64,000 bases of DNA, taken from NCBI GenBank assembly GCA_963708135.1, contig OY970192.1, forward strand, positions 4,032,001-4,096,000. The letters are read 5' to 3'. The number at the start of each line of letters is the position of its first letter. Positions within the stretch are counted from its first letter, which is position 1. The DNA comes from an uncultured Gemmatimonadales bacterium. Lineage in GTDB: Bacteria; Gemmatimonadota; Gemmatimonadetes; Longimicrobiales; RSA9. The notes under the pieces were generated by a model. It ran no database searches and was not told the DNA's origin. It saw only the letters and a program-made list of their open reading frames with translations. Positions 1-9,711 of the stretch are shown here, piece by piece. Both the position numbers and the translations under genes were made by a program.

Positions 1-579
1 GAGCTCGGCGACGGGCTGATCGCGAGCCGGTCCATCGACAACCGGATCGGCGCTTTCGTGGTGCTGGAGGCGCTGCGCCTGCTGGCCTCGGGTCCGGAGC
101 CCGCGGCCGAGGTCGTTGCCGTGGCGACGACACAGGAGGAGATCGGCCACTCGGGCGGGGGGGCGCGCACCAGCGCCTACCGGCTCGAGCCGCAGGTTGC
201 GCTGGTGGTGGACGTCACGTTCGCGTCGGACGCGCCGGGGATCGAGAAGAAGGAGGTTGGCGAGCACAAGCTGGGGAGCGGACCGGTTCTGACCCGCGGC
301 TCGGCGGCGCACCCGCTGGTGTTCGAAACGCTGGTGGAGGTGGCGGAACGGGAGAAGATTCCCTACACCATCGCGGCCTCGCCGCGCTACACGTCGACGG
401 ACGCGGACAACATCTATCTGACGCGCGCGGGCGTGGCGACGGGCGTGATCTCGGTGCCCAACCGCTACATGCACTCGCCGAACGAGATCGTGAGCCTGGC
501 GGACCTGGAGCACACGGCCGCGCTGATCGCGGCCTTCGCGCAGGGGCTCTCGGCGGACACGGACCTGGTGCCGCGCTGA
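1..579 (+). CDS. M42 family metallopeptidase (5'-partial)
   Basis: Frame open from base 1; SIDNRIG, QEEIG, VDVT, TDAD and RYMHSP motifs. Confidence 0.9.
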   Translation, partial: ELGDGLIASRSIDNRIGAFVVLEALRLLASGPEPAAEVVAVATTQEEIGHSGGGARTSAYRLEPQVALVVDVTFASDAPGIEKKEVGEHKLGSGPVLTRGSAAHPLVFETLVEVAEREKIPYTIAASPRYTSTDADNIYLTRAGVATGVISVPNRYMHSPNEIVSLADLEHTAALIAAFAQGLSADTDLVPR

Positions 580-601
580 CGGCGCCCACCGGCGGAGCGC
601 C

Positions 602-1231
602 ATGAAGGTCATCGACATCAGCCAGCCGCTCGGGCGCGCGACGGCGCCGTGGCCGGGAGACGCGCCGTTCCGCCAGGCGTGGACGATGCTGCGCGAGCGC
701 GGGGACAGCGTGAACGTGGCGGAGGTGAGCCTCAGCGTTCATCTGGGCACGCACGCGGACGGCCCCGCGCACGTGGCGGATGGTGCTCCCGCGATCGGCG
801 CCCTCGACCTGGATGCCTATCTGGGGCGCGCGGTCGTGGTGGATGCCCGCGGCCACGGTCCGCTGCTGGGTCCCGATCTGCTGGACGGGCTGGATCTGGC
901 GCGCTCTCCGCGTGTGCTCCTGCGCACGCGCGATGCGGTGGACCCGGAGTCCTTCCCGCCGGAGTTCCCGGCGCTGTCGTCCGCGCTGGCCCTTCGTCTG
1001 GCGGAGGAGGGCGTGCTGCTCGTGGGAACGGATGCACCGTCGGTGGATCCGGCGGAGTCCAGGGAGCTCGAGGCGCACCGGATCCTCGGCGAGGGCGGCG
1101 TCGCCATCCTGGAGAACCTGGTGCTCACGGGAGTGGAGGCGGGCACCTACACGCTGCTCGCGCTCCCGCTCAAGCTGCTGGACGCGGACAGCTCGCCGGT
1201 GCGGGCGGTGCTCCTGGAGGGGCGGCTATGA
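602..1231 (+). CDS. kynB: Kynurenine formamidase / cyclase family
   Basis: HLGTHADGPAH motif; GTDAPSVD, ILENL, SPVRA. Confidence 0.85.
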   Translation: MKVIDISQPLGRATAPWPGDAPFRQAWTMLRERGDSVNVAEVSLSVHLGTHADGPAHVADGAPAIGALDLDAYLGRAVVVDARGHGPLLGPDLLDGLDLARSPRVLLRTRDAVDPESFPPEFPALSSALALRLAEEGVLLVGTDAPSVDPAESRELEAHRILGEGGVAILENLVLTGVEAGTYTLLALPLKLLDADSSPVRAVLLEGRL

Positions 1232-1701
1232 CGGTTCCGATCCAGATCTCGTGGGACCTTTACCAGGGGAGGATCTCCGTCTGGTGCGAGTGCCTGGCCG
1301 CGGGCGTCCGGCGCGCCGTGCTGCTCCCCCGGCTGGACACCATTTTCTCCCCCACGGCGGAGGATCCGGCCCGGGAACTCCGCTACGAGTCGCTGGACTG
1401 GCGGCTGGTCTCGCCCACCGAGGGGGACTGGGAGCGCTACCAGGCGATGGCCGCGAAGCAGGCCGAGCGGCTGGCGATCAGCGTGCGAGCACAGCGGGTC
1501 GAGAACATCGCCCGCTGGATGGGCGGCCGGCAGGTGGCGGTCCCCCAGTATCACCTCTGGCTCTTCCGCGACGCCGCGGTCGGGCGGACGATCGAGCAGC
1601 TCTACGACGAGCCGGACGCGCTCGAGCGCCGGCGGCTCTGGAGATGGCTGCTGGCGTGGACAGCGCCGGTGGCGAGCGAGAAACCCTACGACGCGAGGTA
1701 A
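1228..1701 (+). CDS. Hypothetical protein (MTVPIQISWDLY...)
   Basis: ATGA overlap with the kynB stop, GGAGG upstream, protein-like composition. Confidence 0.75.
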   Translation: MTVPIQISWDLYQGRISVWCECLAAGVRRAVLLPRLDTIFSPTAEDPARELRYESLDWRLVSPTEGDWERYQAMAAKQAERLAISVRAQRVENIARWMGGRQVAVPQYHLWLFRDAAVGRTIEQLYDEPDALERRRLWRWLLAWTAPVASEKPYDAR

Positions 1702-1709
1702 GACGGGCA

Positions 1710-2180
1710 ATGGTGGATGCGGGCAAGGTGGTGAAGCGGATCCAGGAGATGCGCGATGACGGCTACCTCTCCGATGCGATCCTGCGCGAGACCGTGAAGC
1801 AGCTCCGGGCCGGCGACCCCAAGAACAACTGGGTCGGCGTGTACCTGTTCAACCCGGACGAGCAGATCCTCTGGCTCCACAACTACGTGGGCGCCCCGAC
1901 CGAACACGCGCGCATCCCGGTCGGCGAAGGCGTCTGCGGGACGGCCGTCGCCGAGAAGGAGAACCAGAACGTGCCCGACGTCACCAAGGCCGAGAACTAC
2001 CTCGCCTGCAGCCCGAAGGTGAAGTCGGAGCTCGTGACGCTCATCCGGGCCGGTGACGATATCTTCGGCCAGATCGACATCGACAGCCATACCGCCGGCG
2101 CCTTCACCGGCGAGGACGAGGAGGTCGTCGCTCTCGTGGCCGAGAAGCTCGCCGAGGTCTTCATGGCGGAGCGCCGCTGA
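1710..2180 (+). CDS. Stand-alone GAF protein, free methionine-R-sulfoxide reductase-like
   Basis: WVGVY, GEGVCG, YLACS, SELV and IDIDS motifs of the fRMsr/MsrC family. Confidence 0.8.
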   Translation: MVDAGKVVKRIQEMRDDGYLSDAILRETVKQLRAGDPKNNWVGVYLFNPDEQILWLHNYVGAPTEHARIPVGEGVCGTAVAEKENQNVPDVTKAENYLACSPKVKSELVTLIRAGDDIFGQIDIDSHTAGAFTGEDEEVVALVAEKLAEVFMAERR

Positions 2181-2187
2181 CGGCGCC

Positions 2188-2994
2188 ATGACCGATCGGC
2201 CGCGCGCGGGCCCCCTCCGCGTCTTCCGCGCGCCGAACCCGTCGCCGCTGACGCTGGACGGCACGCGCACCTATCTGGTGGGGGCTCGCCGGGTCGCCGT
2301 CATCGACCCGGGCCCCGATCTGCCCGCCCACCTGGACGCCCTCGCCGGGGCCATCGGCGCGGGCGCCGAGGTCACGGTCGTCCTCACCCACTCACATCCC
2401 GACCACGCCGCCGGCGCCGCCCGCCTGGGCGAGCGCCTGGCGGCCCCGGTCCGGAGCGCCGCCACCGGAACGCTGGCCGAAGGCGACGCCGTGGCCACGG
2501 ATGCCGGCCCCCTCCTCGCGCTCGCCACGCCGGGCCACGCGCCCGACCACATCGCGTTCCACTGGCCCGCGGCCCGGGCGGCGTTCGTCGGCGATCTCAT
2601 GCTGGGCGGCCAGGACACGGCCCTGGTCGCACCGCCGGAGGGCCACCTCGGCCACTACCTCGCCTCGCTCCAGCGGATCCGCTCCCTCGGAACGACCGTC
2701 CTGTACCCGGCCCACGGGGAACCCTTCGACGAGCCGGCGGACGCACTCTCCCGCTACGTCTCCCACCGGGCCGAGCGCACCCGCGCGGTGCTGGCGGCGC
2801 TGGACAACGGTCCCCGGATGCTGTATACGATCCTGGATGCGGTGTACGGCGCCGCACTGGCCGAGCCGCTGCGCGACGCCGCGGCCGGGGCGACGCTGGC
2901 ATACCTCGACCAGCTCCGCCTGGCGGGGCAGGTGCGCCGGCTGCCGGGTGGCTGGTGGGAGAAGGTGGAGGGGGCGGGTAAGCGGGGGCGGTAG
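2188..2994 (+). CDS. MBL-fold metallo-hydrolase
   Basis: APNPSPLTLDGT, THSHPDH, TPGHAPDH, PAHG. Confidence 0.9.
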   Translation: MTDRPRAGPLRVFRAPNPSPLTLDGTRTYLVGARRVAVIDPGPDLPAHLDALAGAIGAGAEVTVVLTHSHPDHAAGAARLGERLAAPVRSAATGTLAEGDAVATDAGPLLALATPGHAPDHIAFHWPAARAAFVGDLMLGGQDTALVAPPEGHLGHYLASLQRIRSLGTTVLYPAHGEPFDEPADALSRYVSHRAERTRAVLAALDNGPRMLYTILDAVYGAALAEPLRDAAAGATLAYLDQLRLAGQVRRLPGGWWEKVEGAGKRGR

Positions 2995-2996
2995 AC

Positions 2997-4202
2997 ATGA
3001 GCGGCCGGCCGGCGGCGCGCAGACGGCCGCCGGCGCGCGGACGGCGACAGGAGCGAGGCGTGACGACTGAGGGGAATGCATTGGAGACGGGGGACGCGGA
3101 CGCGCGGGTGCTCGAGCGGGTGCGTCGGTACGTGGAGCGTGAGAGTCCGAGCGGCGACGTGGAGCGGGCGGTCGCTCTGGCGGAGCTGATCGGGGCCGAG
3201 CTGGCGGATGCGGGGGCGCGCGTGGAGCTGGAGGAGGCGCCGGGCTGGGGGCGACACGTGCGGGCGGAGCTGGCGGGGGCGGAGCAGGAGCTGGAGCCAG
3301 TGCTGGTGCTGGGTCATCTCGACACGGTCTTTCCGGTCGGGACCCTGGCCGGGCGGCCGTTCCGTGTGGTGGAAGGGCGGGTGGAGGGGCCGGGCGTGTT
3401 CGACATGAAGTCGGGAGTCGCGGCGGTGGTGGAAGCGCTCGCGCGGTTGAAGGAGGCGGGGTCGCGGCCGCGGCGCCCGGTTCGGGTGCTCGTGACATGC
3501 GACGAGGAGGTGGGCTCGCCGACATCGCGTCCGCTGATCGAGGCGCTCGCCCGGGGTTCGGCTGCGGTGCTGGTGCCGGAGCCCTCGCTGCCCGGTGGTG
3601 CCGCCAAGACCTCACGCAAGGGGGTAGCGGTCTACGCGCTGCGGGTTTACGGTCGGGCGTCGCACGCGGGGGTGGACCCTGAGCGCGGGGTGAGCGCGAT
3701 CGCGGAGCTGGCGGAGCAGATCCGGGCCGCGCTTCGGCTCGCGGATCCCGCGGTGGGCACGACGGTGAACGTGGGCACGGTCAGGGGCGGCACGGCGTCG
3801 AACGTGGTCGCGGCGGAGGCGCATGCGGAGGTGGACGTGCGCTTCGGGACGCTGGCGGAGGGAGAGCGGGTGGACGCGGCGCTCCGCGGGCTGCGCGAGC
3901 GACTCCCGGGCGCACGGCTGGAGCTCGAGGGCGGGATCAATCGTCCGCCGCTGGAGCGGACACCGGGGGTGGTGGCGCTCTACGAGACGGCACGTCGGCT
4001 GGCGTCGGGGCTCGGCTTCGAGCTCGGGGAGGGCTCGACCGGAGGCGGCAGCGACGGCTGCTTCACGGCTGCGCTGGGGGTGCCGACGCTGGACGGGCTG
4101 GGCGTGCAGGGCAACGGGGCGCACGCGGTGGACGAGCACATCGTGCTGGCGGACCTTTTGCGGCGGGTGGATCTCCTCCGTGGCCTGCTGGTGACGCTGT
4201 GA
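2997..4202 (+). CDS. M20 family metallopeptidase (carboxypeptidase G2-like); alternative GTG start at 3060
   Basis: GHLDTV, GPGVFDMKSG, DEEVGS, GGGSDG, GAHAVDE. Confidence 0.9.
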   Translation: MSGRPAARRRPPARGRRQERGVTTEGNALETGDADARVLERVRRYVERESPSGDVERAVALAELIGAELADAGARVELEEAPGWGRHVRAELAGAEQELEPVLVLGHLDTVFPVGTLAGRPFRVVEGRVEGPGVFDMKSGVAAVVEALARLKEAGSRPRRPVRVLVTCDEEVGSPTSRPLIEALARGSAAVLVPEPSLPGGAAKTSRKGVAVYALRVYGRASHAGVDPERGVSAIAELAEQIRAALRLADPAVGTTVNVGTVRGGTASNVVAAEAHAEVDVRFGTLAEGERVDAALRGLRERLPGARLELEGGINRPPLERTPGVVALYETARRLASGLGFELGEGSTGGGSDGCFTAALGVPTLDGLGVQGNGAHAVDEHIVLADLLRRVDLLRGLLVTL

Positions 4203-5023
4203 CGGACGGGATCACGATCAGGCCGCTGGCGGGCGCGCGGGAGTACGAGGCGTGCGTGGCGCTGCAGCGGAGTACGTGGGGCTCCGACTTCACCGAGGTG
4301 GTTCCGCCGGCGCTTCTGCGCATCGCGCAGCACACGGGCGGCGTCGCATCCGGGGCATTCGACGCGGAGGGATCGCTGGTCGGATTCGTATTCGGCATCT
4401 GCGGCTCGGAAGACGGGCGCCTGGTGCACTGGTCGGACATGCTGGCGGTTCGCCCGGAGCTGCGCGACCGGCACCTCGGCGAGCGGTTGAAGCGACATCA
4501 GCGCGACAGCGTGCTGGCTCGCGGGATCACGCGCATGTACTGGTCGTTCGAGCCGCTCGAGTCGAAGAACGCATATTTCAACTTCGCGCGCCTGGGGGCG
4601 GTGAGCCGGGAGTATCAGCGTGACCTTTACGGCGAGACGGACTCCGAGCTGCACCGAGGCATTGGCACGGATCGGCTGATCGCCCTGTGGGCTCTGGACA
4701 CGGAGCGGGTGGAGCTCCGCCTCTCGGGGAAGGAGCGTCCCCCCGCGCCGGCAGACGTCCGCGCCGTGCCGGTGGTGAATCCGGTGACCGAGGGCACATG
4801 GCCGCGCTGCGGGCCGCCCGACCTGGACGTGGATGCGGCGCGCGTGCGGGTCGCGATTCCGCGCGACATCCAGTCGCTCAAGTCGGCCGCGCCGGGGCTG
4901 GCCGCCGAGTGGCGCGCCCACACGCGGTCCGCCCTCATGACCTACATCGAGCGCGGCTACACGGCGGTCGAGCTCCTCGGCTCGGGCAGCTGGAGCTCCT
5001 ACCTGCTCGACGCCGGATCCTAG
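4199..5023 (+). CDS. GNAT-family acyltransferase (D-amino acid N-succinyltransferase-like)
   Basis: HWSDMLAV, WSFEPL..NAYFNF..LG and YG..TDRL motifs; overlaps the M20 stop. Confidence 0.75.
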   Translation: MTDGITIRPLAGAREYEACVALQRSTWGSDFTEVVPPALLRIAQHTGGVASGAFDAEGSLVGFVFGICGSEDGRLVHWSDMLAVRPELRDRHLGERLKRHQRDSVLARGITRMYWSFEPLESKNAYFNFARLGAVSREYQRDLYGETDSELHRGIGTDRLIALWALDTERVELRLSGKERPPAPADVRAVPVVNPVTEGTWPRCGPPDLDVDAARVRVAIPRDIQSLKSAAPGLAAEWRAHTRSALMTYIERGYTAVELLGSGSWSSYLLDAGS

Positions 5024-5042
5024 CTCGAGCGGGCGCCGTCTA

Positions 5043-5072
5043 TTGCCCTGCCCGCCTCGCGCGTCCTACAAT
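5043..5072 (+). promoter_or_regulatory. Putative sigma70 promoter TTGCCC-N18-TACAAT
   Basis: Near-consensus hexamers upstream of the GGDEF gene. Confidence 0.5.
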
Positions 5073-5107
5073 GGTCTTGCTCTCGAACGAAGGACGACGC
5101 GACAGTC

Positions 5108-6547
5108 ATGATGGCGCCGCCATCGCTCTCCCTCTATCCCGGCCCCGCCGAGCGCTACACGGTGCTGCTCGACCTCGCGCGCTCCATGGCGGCCAGCCGG
5201 GAGCCCGACGAGGTCTACGAGGCGATCCACACCCAGGTGCATCGCGTTCTTCCCGCCTCTTCCTTCACTCTCGCACTCGGCCGTGGCCCGCGCCCGCGGC
5301 CGGCGTTCCACGTCGGCCCCGGCGACGGTGCGCTGCTCCTGTCCGGTGAGGAGCAGGAGCACCTGGGCGCGGGAGACTTCGTCCTGCGCGCCCGCCTCGG
5401 CGAGCCGGGCCTGCAGCTGCTCGTGCCGCTGCTCTCGGAGGGCGGTACCCTCGGCTACGTGGTGGCCGCGCGGGGCGAAGGCCGTCCCTTCGACGCGGCG
5501 GACGCCCATTTCCTCCTCGCCGTCGGGCGGCTGGCCGGCATCGCGCTGGAGAACGTCAACCTGTTCGGGGAAGCCAGGCGCCGGAGAGAGGAGGCGGAGC
5601 TGCTCGCCAACGTCTCGCGGGAGCTGGGGGCCTCGCTCGAGATCGAGCAGGTGGTGGCGCGCGTAGCCGACCGGGCCCGTCAGCTGACGAAGGGGCCCGC
5701 CACAGTCTGGAGCGTGGAAGGGCGTCGGATCCGGGCGGTGGCGGTGGCGGGTCGGGCGCGGCCGCTCCAGGGCGAGGAGCGGCGGCTGCCTGCGCAGGCG
5801 CTCGCCCCGGTGACGCGCGGGGAGTACCGTGCGTGGGCGGCGGCCACGGTACGGGCGCTGCGCGCGGCGCTCGGCCTCACGGGGGCGGGGGAGACGCCGA
5901 TCCCTCTGGTATCCAGCGATCGGCTGGTGGGGGTGCTCGTAGTCGGGCAGGGCGAGGAGCCCCTGGCGCCGGAGATCCGGGCGCTGGCCGCGCGCATGGC
6001 GGCGCACGCGGCGTCGGCACTGGAGAACGCCCGCCTCCACGCCGAGGTCCGGCAGCTCTCGCTGACGGACCCGCTCTGCGGCCTTCCCAACCGGCGGCAG
6101 CTCGACCTGGTCCTGGAACGGGAGTTCTTCGCCGCCCAGCGCGGGCGCGCGTTGTGCCTGGTCCTCTACGACCTCGATCGCTTCAAGGAGTACAACGACT
6201 CGCGCGGCCACCAGGCAGGGGACGCCGCGCTCATCCGTTTTGCCAGCGTGCTGCGCACGTTCACGCGCGCCATGAACCTGCCCGCCCGCTATGGCGGCGA
6301 GGAGTTCGCGGCCGTGCTCTCGGACACGACGCTCGAGGGCGGGCGGATCTTTGCCGAGAAGGTACGGCGCCGCCTCTCGATCGATACGCGGGGCGCGCTC
6401 TCGGTGAGCGCCGGCGTGGCGGCGTACGCCGAGTGGATGCGGCACCCGGCGGAGCTGCTTGCCGCGGCCGACCGCGCGCTCTACCGCGCGAAGGAATCCG
6501 GGCGCGACCGCGTGCAGCTCGCGGATCCCCGCCCCGCCCGCCGCTGA
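5108..6547 (+). CDS. GAF-GAF-GGDEF diguanylate cyclase
   Basis: ALENARL, DPLCGLPNRR, DLDRFKEYND, RYGGEEF. Confidence 0.9.
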   Translation: MMAPPSLSLYPGPAERYTVLLDLARSMAASREPDEVYEAIHTQVHRVLPASSFTLALGRGPRPRPAFHVGPGDGALLLSGEEQEHLGAGDFVLRARLGEPGLQLLVPLLSEGGTLGYVVAARGEGRPFDAADAHFLLAVGRLAGIALENVNLFGEARRRREEAELLANVSRELGASLEIEQVVARVADRARQLTKGPATVWSVEGRRIRAVAVAGRARPLQGEERRLPAQALAPVTRGEYRAWAAATVRALRAALGLTGAGETPIPLVSSDRLVGVLVVGQGEEPLAPEIRALAARMAAHAASALENARLHAEVRQLSLTDPLCGLPNRRQLDLVLEREFFAAQRGRALCLVLYDLDRFKEYNDSRGHQAGDAALIRFASVLRTFTRAMNLPARYGGEEFAAVLSDTTLEGGRIFAEKVRRRLSIDTRGALSVSAGVAAYAEWMRHPAELLAAADRALYRAKESGRDRVQLADPRPARR

Positions 6548-6598
6548 CCGCCCTCCGAGCCGCTTCCCCAGCCGCGCTCGCCGGCCTGCTTCTTCGCT

Positions 6599-8086
6599 TC
6601 AGAGGTCCCGCGCGTCTCGATCTCCATCTCCCGGCAGCGAATCCAGCAGCTCCCAGGCGCGCCTCACGTGGTGCTCGCGGGTCCGCAGGTTCCCGACCGC
6701 CAGCCGAAGCGCGTAGCGCCCCTTCGCCCGGGTGTGCGAGAGGAAGACCTCGCCCGTCGCATTGACGCGCTCGAGGAGGCCGGCGTTGAGGATTTCGAGC
6801 TCGGCCTCGTCGTCGCACCCCGGGGGATGGCTCCGGAACACGACGACCGAGAACGGCGTCGGCGCGAGGCGCTCGAAGCGCGGGCTGGCGTCCACCCATC
6901 CCGCGAAGAGCCGGGCGAGCCGGATGTGCTCGGCGAGCCGGGCGCCAATGCCTTCGGCGCCGAACCAGCGCAACACGAACCACAGCTTCAGCGCGCGGAA
7001 CCGGCGTCCGAGCGCAACGCCGTAGTCCATCAGGTTGAGCGCTTCCTCCCCGGTGGTGGTGGTGAGATACTCGGGCACCAGGCTGAAGGCGCGGCGGAAG
7101 AGGTCGAGGCGGCGGGTGAAGAGAGCCGAGCAGTCGATCGGCACGAACAGCCACTTGTGCGGATTCATCACCACGGAATGGGCGCGCCCGCAGCCCTCCA
7201 GCACCCCCTCCATCCCTGGAACGAGGGTGGCGGCGCCGGCATAAGCCGCATCGACGTGCAGCCAGATGCCTTCGCGCTCGCAGAGGTCGGCGATCGGGCC
7301 CACGGGATCAACGGACGTGGTGGAGGTGGTACCCACGGTGGCCACGACCGCGAGCGGCCGGATGCCGGTCGCCCGGTCCTCGGCGATCGCACGCTCGAGC
7401 GCCGCCACGTCCATGCGGTAGTCGTCGTCCGTCGCGATCCGGCGCACGCCGGAGAGCCCGAGGCCCAGCGTGATGACGGCCTTGTCCACGCTGGAGTGCG
7501 CCTCCTCCGAGCAGTAGACGCGGAGCCGCGGCAGCTCGGGCCGGCCGGCGAGCCCCTCTTCCCGGATGCGCAGCTCGGGGGCCAGCTCCCGGGCCGCGGC
7601 GAGCGCCCACAGCGTGCTGGACGATGCGGTGTCGGCGATCTCCCCGGCGAAGCCGTCGGGCAGCCCGATCAGGCGGCGCAGCCAGTCCAGCGTGACCTGC
7701 TCGAGCTCGGTCTCCGCCGGTCCCGTCCGCCACAGCATGGCGTTCACGTTGAGCGCGGCAGAGAGCGCCTCGGCGAGGATCCCCGGCGCGGAGCCGGTGA
7801 TCGAGAAGTACGCGAAGAACCCCGGATGATTCCAGTGGGTGGTGTTCGGGAGGATCAGCCGATCGAAATCGTCGAGGATCGCCTGCATCGGCTCGCCCCG
7901 CCGGGGAGCCTCCGCCGGCAAGCGGGCGCGGACGTCTCCCGGCTCGAGGGCGGGGAGCACCGGCCAGCGCTCGGGGTGCTCGAGGTAGGTGGCGATCCGC
8001 TCGATGACGTCCGCGCCGAAGCGGCGGAACGCCTCCGGGTCCATGTCTCCCGGAGTCTCTCGCGGAACCGGCTCTTCCGGCAGCAT
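6599..8086 (-). CDS. PLP-dependent group II decarboxylase (aromatic-L-amino-acid decarboxylase-like)
   Basis: THWNHPGFFAYF, HVDAAYAG, NPHKWL, GRRFRALKLWFV; start chosen at the ATG just after a -10 box. Confidence 0.9.
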   Translation of the reverse strand: MLPEEPVPRETPGDMDPEAFRRFGADVIERIATYLEHPERWPVLPALEPGDVRARLPAEAPRRGEPMQAILDDFDRLILPNTTHWNHPGFFAYFSITGSAPGILAEALSAALNVNAMLWRTGPAETELEQVTLDWLRRLIGLPDGFAGEIADTASSSTLWALAAARELAPELRIREEGLAGRPELPRLRVYCSEEAHSSVDKAVITLGLGLSGVRRIATDDDYRMDVAALERAIAEDRATGIRPLAVVATVGTTSTTSVDPVGPIADLCEREGIWLHVDAAYAGAATLVPGMEGVLEGCGRAHSVVMNPHKWLFVPIDCSALFTRRLDLFRRAFSLVPEYLTTTTGEEALNLMDYGVALGRRFRALKLWFVLRWFGAEGIGARLAEHIRLARLFAGWVDASPRFERLAPTPFSVVVFRSHPPGCDDEAELEILNAGLLERVNATGEVFLSHTRAKGRYALRLAVGNLRTREHHVRRAWELLDSLPGDGDRDARDL

Positions 8087-8172
8087 GGCGGCAAGGTAGC
8101 CGGCGGTCGCTGCCGCGTCCACCGGAGGGCGAGGCGTTGAGCCGCTCCCGCCGGGGCCGTATGTTGCTGCCC

Positions 8173-9711
8173 ATGACTCGGCCCCGACTCATCTCGCCCA
8201 GGCGCCGCCGCGCGGCGCTGCTCGCCCTCGCATTGTTCCTCGCGGCGGTCCAGGGCTGCGCCCCGCTGCGGGGCGGGCCGCACCCGTCGCCCGCCCGCGG
8301 CCTGGCGGCGGGGATCGACTCGATCATCGGCGCGCCCCCCCTCGACCGGACCCACTGGGGCATCGAGGTCTTCGACCCGGCGTCCGGCCGTGTCCTCTAC
8401 GCGCACGACGCCGACCAGCATTTCATCCCGGCCTCGAACACGAAGCTCGTGGCCACCACCACGGCCATGGCGCTGCTCGGCCCCGATTTTCGCTACGAGA
8501 CGCCGGTGTACGCGCTGACCCGGAGCGGCGCCCGCGACTCCGTCGCCACCGGGCTCGTGATCGTCGGCAGTGGGGATCCGACGCTCTCGGATGCGTTCAC
8601 GGCGACCCATCCGGGCATGCTCGCCGCGATCGCCGATTCCGTTCGCGCCGCCGGCATCCGCCGCATTGATGGCGACCTCGTGGTCGACGCCAGCGCGTTC
8701 GAGGAGCGAGGCGTTGACCCGTCGTGGGAGCTGGGCGACCTGATCTGGTACTACGCCGCGCCGATCAACGCCTTCGCGGTGGCGGAAGGAACACGGCGCC
8801 TGGTCCTCCTGCCGGGCTACCTCCCCGGGCAGCCAGCCGGTGTCCGCTTCCTGGGGCCGGACCCCAGGACGGCCGTGCAGAACGATCTCATGACCGGGCC
8901 CTCCGACGCGCGCCGCCGCTTCAACGCCGAGCGGCGCCCGGGGATCGACACCCTGTTTCTGGCGGGCATCGTCCCCGCCGGCGCCGCGCCCGACACCCAG
9001 ACGCTCACGGTGGTCGAGCCCGCCGCGTACGCCGGACGGGCGCTACGCGCAGCGCTGGCGGGACGAGGGATCCCGGTCTCCGGCGCGGTGCGGGTGGTCT
9101 ACGACACCGCGGAGGCGCGCGCCCTCGGGGTCGGCCCCGGCCGGCTGCACAGCATCCGCGTCGCCGACTGGACCTCCCCGCCGCTCGCGGAGATCGTGAC
9201 GGCCATCCTCAGGCCCAGCGACAACTGGATGGCCGAGCAGGTGCTGAAGACGATCGGGCTGCAGAAGCAGGGCTGGGGGAGCTGGCGCAACGGCATCGCG
9301 GTCGAGGATGAGTTCATGACGGGGCAGGTCGGGGTGGACAGCGCCGCCCTCTGGCTCCGCGACGGCTCCGGCCTCTCGGCCCAGGACCTCCTCACCCCCG
9401 CCGCGATCGTCCGGATCCTCTCCTATGTCCGTACCCAGCCATGGGCACCCGACTACATGACAGCGCTGGCCGCCCCGGGACTGAAGGGGTCCACCCTCTC
9501 GCACCGGCTCACCGCCCTCGAGGGCCGGCTGCACGCCAAGACCGGCAGCATCACGCACGTCAATTCCCTCAGCGGGTACCTCCGAACAGACAGTGGACGA
9601 GAGCTGGTCTTCAGCATCCTGAGCAACGGCTCGAGCGTGCCGGCCGGCCGCGTGCGGGCGGCTATCGATGCCATCGTGACCCGGATCGCCTCTGAAGGAG
9701 CCAACAGATGA
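8173..9711 (+). CDS. dacB: D-Ala-D-Ala carboxypeptidase/endopeptidase (PBP4, peptidase S13), probable lipoprotein
   Basis: PASNTK, SDN, DGSGLS and AKTG motifs; lipobox-like VQGC. Confidence 0.9.
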   Translation: MTRPRLISPRRRRAALLALALFLAAVQGCAPLRGGPHPSPARGLAAGIDSIIGAPPLDRTHWGIEVFDPASGRVLYAHDADQHFIPASNTKLVATTTAMALLGPDFRYETPVYALTRSGARDSVATGLVIVGSGDPTLSDAFTATHPGMLAAIADSVRAAGIRRIDGDLVVDASAFEERGVDPSWELGDLIWYYAAPINAFAVAEGTRRLVLLPGYLPGQPAGVRFLGPDPRTAVQNDLMTGPSDARRRFNAERRPGIDTLFLAGIVPAGAAPDTQTLTVVEPAAYAGRALRAALAGRGIPVSGAVRVVYDTAEARALGVGPGRLHSIRVADWTSPPLAEIVTAILRPSDNWMAEQVLKTIGLQKQGWGSWRNGIAVEDEFMTGQVGVDSAALWLRDGSGLSAQDLLTPAAIVRILSYVRTQPWAPDYMTALAAPGLKGSTLSHRLTALEGRLHAKTGSITHVNSLSGYLRTDSGRELVFSILSNGSSVPAGRVRAAIDAIVTRIASEGANR

